NCBI GenBank assembly: GCA_003135555.1
Contig: PLCF01000064.1
Span: 1 to 25,879, forward strand
DNA: 25,879 nt
Source: Vulcanimicrobiota bacterium
Lineage (GTDB): Bacteria > Vulcanimicrobiota > Vulcanimicrobiia > Vulcanimicrobiales > Vulcanimicrobiaceae
Direction: 5' to 3'
The position numbers and the translations under genes were made by a program. The notes beneath the pieces were generated by a model that was not told where the DNA came from, did not search any database, and saw only the letters and a list, made by a program, of their open reading frames with translations. This document shows, piece by piece, positions 1 through 8,982 of the stretch (position 1 is its first letter; the number at the start of each line of letters is the position of its first letter).

Positions 1-528
1 AGCACCGGGTTCCGCTACCTCGCGGGTGCGTCGTTCGCATTCTATCTGCCCAACCTGCTCACCGCGCGGGGCTTGCCGCTCACCGCGGTCGGTGCCGTCG
101 TGACGGCGTTCTTGGTCGCGGCGGCGGTGGGGCTGTACGCCGGCGGCGCGAGCGCCGACCGGTTCGGACACGCGCGCGTCGCGATCGCCGGGTTGGTGCT
201 GTCGGTCCCGCCGTTGATCCTCGCGCTGGCGTTCCAAGGCCCGCTCGCGGTCGCGATGTTGCTGCTCGGCAGCGCCTTGCTGTCGATTCAGAACGCGCCC
301 GGCGTCGCCATGGCGCAGGCACTGTTGCCGCGCAACCTCGGTACCGCGCTCGGCCTGATGAACGGCGTCGCGTTCGGGCTGGGCTCGCTCGGCGTCGCCT
401 TCGTCGGCGTGCTGGTGACCCGCCAAGGCCCCGACGACGCGCTGCGCCTGGTCGCCTTTACGCCGCTTCTCGCCGCCGCCGCGTACTTCGTCGTCGAACG
501 CCGCCGAGCGCGCGTTACGGCTCAGTGA
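1..528 (+). CDS. MFS transporter, FSR (fosmidomycin-resistance)-like, 5'-truncated
   Basis: Frame is open from base 1 (STGFRYLAGASFAFYLP...). It has several TM helices, an MFS loop motif (GGASADRFG) and an FSR-like segment AMAQALLPRNLGTALGLMNGVAFGLG. The stop overlaps the convergent dehydratase gene. Confidence 0.85.
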   Translation, partial: STGFRYLAGASFAFYLPNLLTARGLPLTAVGAVVTAFLVAAAVGLYAGGASADRFGHARVAIAGLVLSVPPLILALAFQGPLAVAMLLLGSALLSIQNAPGVAMAQALLPRNLGTALGLMNGVAFGLGSLGVAFVGVLVTRQGPDDALRLVAFTPLLAAAAYFVVERRRARVTAQ

Positions 529-2294
529 ATCTCGGGCTCGGCAATTGTTTTTGGGATCTCGGAAACGTCGAAATCGCAGCCCGTGTCGGCCTGGCGCACG
601 TGCGCGGCGAAGAGCGCGCCGTAACCGCTGACCGCGCGCCGAGGAGGCGGAACCCACGCGGCACGACGCCGGGCGAGCTCGCGTTCGTCGATATCGAGGT
701 GAAGCCGGCGCAATTCGACGTCCACTTCGATCGTATCACCGGTCTGAACGCACGCGAACGGGCCGCCGACATACGCTTCGGGTGCGACGTGCAGGATGCA
801 GGCGCCGTACGACGTACCGCTCATCCGCGCATCGGAGATGCGCACCATGTCGCGCACGCCCGCGCGCACCAGCCGCAACGGGATCGGCAGCATCCCCCAT
901 TCAGGCATCCCCGGGCCGCCCTGCGGCCCCGCGTTCTTGAGGACCAGCACGTGATCGGCGGTCACCTCGAGATCCTCGCGCTCCACCGCGGCGGCCATCT
1001 CGTCGTAGCTCTCGAAGACCAGCGCCGGACCGCGATGGCGCAACAGGCGTGGATCGGCCGCCGACGACTTCATCACCGCACCGTCGGGAGCGATGTTACC
1101 GCGCAGGACGACGGTCCCGCCTTCGGAGAACACGGGGTTGTCCAGGGGTCGAATCAGCTCGTCGTTCCAGACTTGCGCGCCGGCGATGTTCTCGCCCAGC
1201 GTGCGCCCGGTCACCGTGATGCAAGCGAGGTCGAGGAACGGCGCGAGGCGGTTGAGGAACGCACGCAAGCCGCCGGCGTAGTAAAAATCTTCCATCAAGA
1301 AGCGCCCCGACGGCCGAACGTCGGCGATGAGCGGAACGCGTCGTGCGATCTCGTCGAAGCGCTCGAGCTGCAACGGGATCCCCGCCCGGCGCGCGATCGC
1401 GAGCACGTGAATGATCGCGTTCGTCGATCCGCCCAGGGCCTGCTGCACGGTGATCGCGTTGTCGACCGCCGCCGCATCGAGAATGCGGTCCGGGGTGAGG
1501 TCGTCCCAGATCATCTCGACGATGCGCCGTCCCGACTCGCCGGCCGCGCGCGCGTGCGCCGAATCCGCCGCCGGAATCGACGACGCGCCGGGCAGCGTGA
1601 ACCCCAGCGCCTCGGCGACGGACATCATCGTCGCCGCCGTTCCCATCGTCATGCACGTGCCGAAGGATCGTGCGATCCCGCCCTCGATCTCGTGCCAGTC
1701 GTCGTCGGTGATGCGGCCTGCCCGCAACTCGTCCCAATACTTCCAGGTGTCCGATCCGGAGCCGAGCACCCCGCCCCGCCAGTTCCCGCGCAGCATCGGC
1801 CCGGCCGGCATGACGATCGCCGGTACGCCGGCCGAGATCGCGCCCATGAGCAGGCCGGGGATGGTCTTGTCGCAGCCGCCCAGCAACACGACGCCGTCGA
1901 TCGGCTGACTCCGAATCAGCTCTTCGGTCTCCATCGCGAGCAGATTACGATAGAGCATCGTCGTCGGCTTCATGAAGTTTTCCGACAGGCTCATGGCCGG
2001 GAGCTCGAGCGGAAACCCGCCCGCCTGCCAGACGCCGCGCTTCACCTCGTCGGCACGCGTGCGCAAGTGGGCGTGACACGGGTTGATGTCTGACCACGTA
2101 TTGATGATCCCGACGACCGGCTTGCCGGCGAAATCCTCGCGATCGTAACCGATCTGCAGCAGCCGCGAACGATGCCCGAACGAGCGCAGGTTCGAGACGC
2201 CCAGCCAACGATGGCTGCGGAGCTCGTCAGGACGTTTCTTGGAACGCAACGGTCCTTCGCAATCCACCGTGGCGGCGTTCGCGGCGATCGCCAA
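522..2294 (-). CDS. araD: IlvD/Edd-family dehydratase, L-arabinonate (sugar-acid) dehydratase subtype
   Basis: Motifs NPCH, GCDKT, GTCMTMGTA, GGSTNA, GPGMPE and SDARMSGT, with C-terminal EPEIH and N-terminal LRSHRW..RSFGHRSR typical of the arabinonate dehydratase clade. The true start may be the TTG at 2249 (after GAAGGA). Confidence 0.9.
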   Translation of the reverse strand: MAIAANAATVDCEGPLRSKKRPDELRSHRWLGVSNLRSFGHRSRLLQIGYDREDFAGKPVVGIINTWSDINPCHAHLRTRADEVKRGVWQAGGFPLELPAMSLSENFMKPTTMLYRNLLAMETEELIRSQPIDGVVLLGGCDKTIPGLLMGAISAGVPAIVMPAGPMLRGNWRGGVLGSGSDTWKYWDELRAGRITDDDWHEIEGGIARSFGTCMTMGTAATMMSVAEALGFTLPGASSIPAADSAHARAAGESGRRIVEMIWDDLTPDRILDAAAVDNAITVQQALGGSTNAIIHVLAIARRAGIPLQLERFDEIARRVPLIADVRPSGRFLMEDFYYAGGLRAFLNRLAPFLDLACITVTGRTLGENIAGAQVWNDELIRPLDNPVFSEGGTVVLRGNIAPDGAVMKSSAADPRLLRHRGPALVFESYDEMAAAVEREDLEVTADHVLVLKNAGPQGGPGMPEWGMLPIPLRLVRAGVRDMVRISDARMSGTSYGACILHVAPEAYVGGPFACVQTGDTIEVDVELRRLHLDIDERELARRRAAWVPPPRRAVSGYGALFAAHVRQADTGCDFDVSEIPKTIAEPEIH

Positions 2295-2297
2295 TGG

Positions 2298-3851
2298 TCA
2301 TCCCGAGTTCGCGGGGAGCCCGGCGAAATAGGCCTCGACGTCTTCGGCGAAGCTGTATCGCGCCGGCGGGCGCGGCATCCCGTGCGCGACGAGGGCGCGT
2401 GCACAACCCAGCCAGTCGCCGTCCGATTCCGTCTGCGCACCCGAAACGAAGCTCAACGTTCCCATGACGTTGTCCTCATAGCCGTGTTCTTCGGTCCAGC
2501 GTGCGCCGTGTTCGAGCAAGAACTCCGTGAGCTGCGCGTCGCCGCGAAATACCGCGAGGTTGAGCGCGCTCGCGCTCCAGTCGCCGCCGCGCACGTCGAT
2601 CGGCCATCCCAACGCCACCATCAGCTCGACCGCGTCGCGCCGCCCGCTCTCGGCCAGCACCGGCAGTAGCCGCAACTGCTCCTCCGAAAGCTCGCTCAGC
2701 AACGCCGGCTGCGTTGCGAGTAGCGCGGCGGCCGCGTCGCGATCGGCGCGCGCGCAGGCGCCGAGAAAGCGATCGTGCGCCGCCGGCGGCTCGTCGCTCC
2801 CGAACCGCGCCACGATGTCGGTGCGGCCGAACCGAAATGCCAGCAGCTCTGCGGAGACGCCGCTCGACGCCGGCGCGGTCGGATCGGCTCCGGCCGCCAG
2901 CAACGCGTCGATATGCGCGAGCGAACGCCCGCGCCGGATCGCGTGATGCAGCGGACGGCCCAGGCTGTCACTGAACTCGTTGGGGTCGCCGCCGTGCGCG
3001 AGGAGCAGTTCCAGGCCGGGGAGATTCTCGCGGTCGAGCACGTGGAAGAGCGCATTCCCGCCGCTCACGATTGCGCCGGCTTCGAGCAGCAGTCGGGTGC
3101 ATTCCAGATCCGGACCGTCGAGCGAGTGGTAGAGCGACTCGCCGTCGTTGGGATCGGCCCCGGCCTCGAGCAGCATCCGCGTCAGCGCAGGATCGTGCGC
3201 GTGCCCAGCCGCTCCGTACAATGCCCCGAACGCGGCACCTGGGAACGCCGCCGGAGCCCAGGTCGCGTCGCGATCCGCGCCGGCGTCGAGCAGGATGCGC
3301 GCGCAACGCCGCAACCCGTCGGCGAATCGCGGGAGCCGCACGAGCGTCGAGAACGTTACCGCCAGCAGCGGCGTCATCTCCAGCAAGCTGCCGGCGCGGT
3401 TCACCCAGCCCGGGTCGCGTTCGAGCGTCTGCCGTATGACCGCCTCGTCGCCGGCCGCACACGCGACGAAGGGGTCGGCGCGCCGTTCAGCACCCAGCTC
3501 GTCGTAGACACGTTCGGCCGCCGCCGGACGCGGCGGGTCGAACCCGGCGCCGTAGACCAGGTCGAACCAGCGGCTCAGCGCGCCGTCTTCGGCGCGAACG
3601 CGTTGCCATTCGACGTAGGTCCGCAGCTCGGACCAGGATGGAAACCCGTATTCACGTCCGACGCACGACTGCATGTCGTGCAGGCGCAGCGCGAGATCCG
3701 CCAATTCGGCGTCGTCGCGACCGCGAGCAACCGGCAGCGCCTCGCGCAAGCGCTCGAAGGCGCCGCCGTCGCCCGCGCGATAGTCGCGCAGCAGATCCTT
3801 CGCCTGCGCCTTGAGATGGGCGACGCTGGGCCGCGCCGGCAACCGTTTCAT
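2298..3851 (-). CDS. Ankyrin-repeat protein with an N-terminal helical domain (LPARPSVAHLKAQAKDLL...GREYGFPSW)
   Basis: Repeated ankyrin consensus units (TPLLAV..LLDAGAD, LLEAGADPN, LLAHGGDPN, RPLHHA..LLAAGADP, SALNLA..LLEHGA). ATG at 3851 has a GAGGT Shine-Dalgarno at 3860-3856, preferred over the ORF-track start at 3899. Confidence 0.88.
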   Translation of the reverse strand: MKRLPARPSVAHLKAQAKDLLRDYRAGDGGAFERLREALPVARGRDDAELADLALRLHDMQSCVGREYGFPSWSELRTYVEWQRVRAEDGALSRWFDLVYGAGFDPPRPAAAERVYDELGAERRADPFVACAAGDEAVIRQTLERDPGWVNRAGSLLEMTPLLAVTFSTLVRLPRFADGLRRCARILLDAGADRDATWAPAAFPGAAFGALYGAAGHAHDPALTRMLLEAGADPNDGESLYHSLDGPDLECTRLLLEAGAIVSGGNALFHVLDRENLPGLELLLAHGGDPNEFSDSLGRPLHHAIRRGRSLAHIDALLAAGADPTAPASSGVSAELLAFRFGRTDIVARFGSDEPPAAHDRFLGACARADRDAAAALLATQPALLSELSEEQLRLLPVLAESGRRDAVELMVALGWPIDVRGGDWSASALNLAVFRGDAQLTEFLLEHGARWTEEHGYEDNVMGTLSFVSGAQTESDGDWLGCARALVAHGMPRPPARYSFAEDVEAYFAGLPANSG

Positions 3852-4003
3852 GGGAACCTCACATGCAGAAGAGCCGCGACCCGCAATCTCGGCATGCACG
3901 AAGGTTCGTGACGTGCTCGGCTACCGGCAAGTGGGTTCAACCCTTCCCGCGGGCCCGGAGGCGGCTTGCATCCGCCGACGGCGCAGTTGGCCTCCGGTCC
4001 GCG
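3852..4003 (-). ncRNA. Candidate structured cis-regulatory RNA leader of the ankyrin gene
   Basis: Complementary segments seen directly: CGCGG-A-CCGGAGGC (4003-3990) with GCCTCCGG-GC-CCGCG (3962-3948); hairpin GGGTTGAACCC (3943-3933); GAACCTTCGTGCA (3907-3895) with TGCATGTGAGGTTC (3867-3854), which covers the SD; competing hairpin CACGAACCTTCGTG (3910-3897). Confidence 0.55.
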
Positions 4004-4032
4004 CGTTCCCTCGTCGGCGCCGGCGAGCGTCA

Positions 4033-4059
4033 AGGAGAAGGCATCGTCCGCCTTCTCCT
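4033..4059. terminator. Perfect 10-bp hairpin just downstream of mmsA; possible terminator or processing stem
   Basis: AGGAGAAGGC-atcgtcc-GCCTTCTCCT. T-tracts are weak on both strands (CTTTG on +, TG on -). Confidence 0.5.
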
Positions 4060-4079
4060 CTTTGAATTCCGCCGCGTGG

Positions 4080-5588
<1,509 letters not shown>

Positions 5589-5704
5589 ACCACTGGGTTT
5601 GCGGATTCGGGGCGTTCACCTATACGCGACCTCGCCTCGGAAGGAGCCGCTCCCTGGGGGGTGAAGCCCCGCGGACCTCTCCCGTGATCGCAGGAGGACA
5701 GCCG

Positions 5705-7735
5705 GTGGACGACATCGCGCGCCTTAGGAATATCGCCATCGTCGGACCGCACCATGCGGGCAAGACGACGCTGGTCGAGGCGCTCCTCGCGCACTGCGGC
5801 GCGATCCCGCGGCGAGGCACGGTGCGCGACGGGACGACGACCACTGACTGCGAGCCCGAAGCAATCGGCCACCTGCAATCGGTCTGCGTCGGCTTCGCGC
5901 ACGCGGCGTGCGGCCCGGTGGAGTTGAACCTCGTCGACACCCCGGGGTTCATCGACTTCTTCGAGGAGACCAAGACCGTGCTCATGGCGGTCGACGCGGC
6001 GGTGATCGTAATCGACGCCGAAGCCGATCGCGTGGCCCAAACGGCCGGGATCGTGGAGCACCTCGAGATGCGGAAGACCCCGCATCTTTTTTTCGTCAAC
6101 AAGCTCGACCGGCCGGGCGCGAACTTCGACGCCACGCTGGCGGCGCTACGCGGCGCGTACGGCCCGCACGTCGTGGCGACGCACCTGCCCGTCGGCGTCG
6201 GCGACCGCTTCGGCGGCTACGTCGACCTGGCGACGCGTAAGGCGTACCTCAACGGCGACGCCAAGGCCAGCGAGATCGAGATCCCGGTCGCCATCCGCGA
6301 CGCGGTCGAAACGCAGCGGACGATCCTGCTCGAAGCGCTGGCCGACTTCGACGACACGCTCATGGAAGAGCTGCTCGACGGCAAAGAGCCGCCGCAAGAC
6401 GAGATCGAGCGCGACCTGTGCGACGACTGCGCGCACGATCAGATCATCCCCGTGCTGGTCGGCAGCGCGCAAGAGAACGTCGGGGTCTCGACGCTCGTCG
6501 ACGCGATGGCGCGCATGTTCCCCTCGCCGGCGACCGAACCGCGTCAAGACGCCGCCGGCCGGCCGGTCGTCCCGCGCGCCGACGGCCCCGTCGTGGCGCA
6601 GGTCTGCAAGACCATCGTGCACCCGCAACAAGGAAAGCTCTCCGTGGTGCGGGTGTTCACCGGGACGCTGACCCCGTCGACGCCGCTCGTCGACGCATCG
6701 CGCAACAACGCGACGGTGCGGCTCTCCGGGATCGCGCGGCTGTTCGGCAAGCGCCAAGAGCCCGTCACCTCGGCCGGCCCCGGCGCGATCGTCGCGCTGG
6801 CGCGGCTCGACGGCGTGTGCACCGGCGATACGCTGAGCTCGCCCAATGCGGGGGTCGTCATGCCGACCGTCCCGCTCGCCGAGCCGCTGTTCGCGGTCGC
6901 GATCGCGCCGGCGCAGCGGCTCGACGAAGCGAAGCTGTCGCAGGCGCTAGGACGTTTGATCGACGAGGATCCGGCGTTGCGCGTCGCGCGCGCCGAGTTC
7001 ACCAACGAGCTGCAGTTGCTGGGCAGCGGCGAGACCCACGTGTCGACGGCGACCGAACGGCTGGCTCGCAAGTACAACGTCGACGTCAAGACCCACGCGC
7101 CGTCGATCGCCTACCGCGAGACGATCCAGAGCGGGACCGAGATCCACTCGCGCTACAAGCACCAGACCGGCGGACACGGACAGTTCGCCGACGTGAAGCT
7201 GCGCTTCGAGGTGCGCGAGCGCGGCTCCGGCGTGAGCTTCGCCGAGAAGATCGTCGGCGGCGTCGTGCCGCGGCAATTCTTCCCGGCGGTCGAGAAAGGC
7301 GTGCGCGAAGCGCTGCTCACCGGCGGGCCCCACGGTTTCCCGGTCACCGACCTGCACGTGACGCTCTTCGACGGCGCGTTCCACGACGTGGACTCCAGTG
7401 AGGCGGCGTTCAAGACCGCATCGGGGATGGGCGTGCGCGACGCGCTGCACAAGCTGGGGACGGTCGTGCTCGAGCCGCTGATGCGCGTCGAGACCACGGT
7501 GCCGTCGGTGTCGCTCTCGGCCGCGGTCTCGCAGCTCACCGCCAAGCGCGGTCAGATCCTGGGCTTCGAGGGCGCCGAGAAGCAAGGCTGGGACCGCATC
7601 TCGGCGCTGGTCCCGCAGGCGGAGCTGGCGCGGTATGCGACCGAGTTGCGCACCGCGACCGCCGGGCTGGGGACGTACAGCGCGCGCCACGAGCGCTTCG
7701 AGGTCGCGCCGGAACGCGCGGTCGCGCACGCCTGA
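5705..7735 (+). CDS. fusA: Elongation factor G paralog (EF-G2/EFG II type)
   Basis: G1 GPHHAGKTT, G3 DTPG, G4 NKLD, domain III/IV motifs EDPALRV and IAYRET, YKHQTGGHGQFA, DGAFHDVDSS. GTG at 5705 lies 7 nt after AGGAGG (5692-5697). Not in an rpsL-rpsG-tuf context. Confidence 0.92.
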   Translation: MDDIARLRNIAIVGPHHAGKTTLVEALLAHCGAIPRRGTVRDGTTTTDCEPEAIGHLQSVCVGFAHAACGPVELNLVDTPGFIDFFEETKTVLMAVDAAVIVIDAEADRVAQTAGIVEHLEMRKTPHLFFVNKLDRPGANFDATLAALRGAYGPHVVATHLPVGVGDRFGGYVDLATRKAYLNGDAKASEIEIPVAIRDAVETQRTILLEALADFDDTLMEELLDGKEPPQDEIERDLCDDCAHDQIIPVLVGSAQENVGVSTLVDAMARMFPSPATEPRQDAAGRPVVPRADGPVVAQVCKTIVHPQQGKLSVVRVFTGTLTPSTPLVDASRNNATVRLSGIARLFGKRQEPVTSAGPGAIVALARLDGVCTGDTLSSPNAGVVMPTVPLAEPLFAVAIAPAQRLDEAKLSQALGRLIDEDPALRVARAEFTNELQLLGSGETHVSTATERLARKYNVDVKTHAPSIAYRETIQSGTEIHSRYKHQTGGHGQFADVKLRFEVRERGSGVSFAEKIVGGVVPRQFFPAVEKGVREALLTGGPHGFPVTDLHVTLFDGAFHDVDSSEAAFKTASGMGVRDALHKLGTVVLEPLMRVETTVPSVSLSAAVSQLTAKRGQILGFEGAEKQGWDRISALVPQAELARYATELRTATAGLGTYSARHERFEVAPERAVAHA

Positions 7736-7740
7736 ACCGC

Positions 7741-7770
7741 AGCCCCCTCGCCGCCCGGCGAGGGGGTTTT
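7741..7770 (+). terminator. Rho-independent terminator of the EF-G paralog
   Basis: CCCCCTCGCC-gccc-GGCGAGGGGG followed by TTTT, starting a few nt after the stop codon. Confidence 0.85.
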
Positions 7771-7783
7771 GCGGCGTACCTTG

Positions 7784-7796
7784 GAAATTGCTGGCA
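7784..7796 (+). repeat. 13-bp direct repeat GAAATTGCTGGCA, copy 1
   Basis: Identical to 8337-8349. The match extends to 16/18 with the preceding CCTnn. Confidence 0.75.
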
Positions 7797-7821
7797 ACAC
7801 CCCGACCGCGTAAGGAGCGAT

Positions 7822-8328
7822 ATGAACCTTCGCCTATTGACGATGTGCCTGGCCTTGCCGATGTGCCTCGCCGCCTCGCCGCTCGCCGGGAACGCGGCCG
7901 ACAAGCCGGCGCTGCCGCCCGGGATGACGCCGGCGATGATGCACGCGCTGATGACCCCGTTGGGCGGTCCCCACCCGCCCTCCATCCCCGCCGACGCGAA
8001 GAGCTGGTTCGGCTGCATTCCGACCATGGGCTATCACTACATCAACCCGAAGAACATCCCGCGCGGGCCGCTCTACGGCTACTACGAGGGCAAAGCCACC
8101 TTCACCGAGCTGATGCTGACCAACGCCGAGATGTTGAAGGGCGACTGGAACGACCAGCTCAAGCCGCTCCCGGGCCACACGATCGACCACGTCGACATCT
8201 GGTACGAGGCGCACGGTCATCCGGGCTACGAGGTGCCGCACTTCGACATCCACGCCTGGTACGTGCCGCATGCCGAACACATGAAATACTGCGGGAACAC
8301 GTCGGGAAAGAAACCGGCTTGGCTGTAG
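7822..8328 (+). CDS. Secreted His-rich protein, DUF5602/TTHB210-like, putative metal-binding
   Basis: SD TAAGGAG; signal peptide ending in ..AGNAA; motifs MGYHY, DHVDI and HGHPGYEVPHFDIH. Family name is from motif recall. Confidence 0.75.
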   Translation: MNLRLLTMCLALPMCLAASPLAGNAADKPALPPGMTPAMMHALMTPLGGPHPPSIPADAKSWFGCIPTMGYHYINPKNIPRGPLYGYYEGKATFTELMLTNAEMLKGDWNDQLKPLPGHTIDHVDIWYEAHGHPGYEVPHFDIHAWYVPHAEHMKYCGNTSGKKPAWL

Positions 8329-8336
8329 TTTCCTGA

Positions 8337-8349
8337 GAAATTGCTGGCA
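8337..8349 (+). repeat. 13-bp direct repeat GAAATTGCTGGCA, copy 2
   Basis: Identical to 7784-7796; begins 8 nt after the stop of the His-rich gene. Confidence 0.75.
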
Positions 8350-8510
8350 GCGCGCGGCCTGAGGCAGGTCGTGCGCTCGCTCGCGTCGCCGACGATTCCG
8401 ACGTAGCAACTTCGCGCCGGGGATTGCGTTAGGGTTACCAGCCGAGCACTTCGGGTCCCCGGGGTACAAACGCAATCTCTCCCGTTCGCGCCGCCCGTCA
8501 GGAGGTCGCC

Positions 8511-8978
8511 GTGCGCATCTTCAGTCATCATCCCGCGCGCCTCACGCGCGCAGTTTTCGTTGCATCCCTCGCCTTGGTCGCCGCCGGGTGCGGCGGCGGC
8601 AGCGGCAGCGGCCTGCCCAATGGCAATCAAATCTGCGACTCGAACGCCGGCTCGATCTCGATCGCGCGCCCAACTCCCGGGTTCTCGCAAAACGGAAATG
8701 CCATCGAGATCGTCGACAGCACGAACACCGATCAGCTCAACGGGTTCACCAACCAGTTCGACTTGAACATCGTCGACCAAAGCAACAACAGTAACGAGGT
8801 CGACACAGGTTTCCTGACGGCGGTAGCCGACGTCGGCGGTCCGCATCCGTACACCAATGATTTCTTCTACGCCGGCACGCTCAACAGCAATCTTCTCGCC
8901 GGCCGCACCTACAATGTGTTCTTGAACGCACCGAACACGAACTGTACACGCGGTTTGGTCGGCCAGATCTTCACTTAG
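8511..8978 (+). CDS. Lipoprotein of unknown function
   Basis: SD AGGAGG before GTG; lipobox-like VAAG-C followed by a Gly/Ser linker; Asn/Thr-rich mature part with two further Cys. Confidence 0.8.
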   Translation: MRIFSHHPARLTRAVFVASLALVAAGCGGGSGSGLPNGNQICDSNAGSISIARPTPGFSQNGNAIEIVDSTNTDQLNGFTNQFDLNIVDQSNNSNEVDTGFLTAVADVGGPHPYTNDFFYAGTLNSNLLAGRTYNVFLNAPNTNCTRGLVGQIFT

Positions 8979-8982
8979 GACG

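Noticed and set aside
5589..5704. Small hairpins in the mmsA/EF-G divergent spacer (GGAG-ccg-CTCC; GGGG...CCCC)
   Set aside because: Four-bp GC stems are expected by chance, and I recognise no ribosomal-leader or riboswitch consensus.
8511..8978. Lower GC of the lipoprotein gene as a sign of horizontal transfer
   Set aside because: Largely explained by its Asn/Thr/Phe-rich composition; third positions remain mostly G/C and there are no mobility genes nearby.
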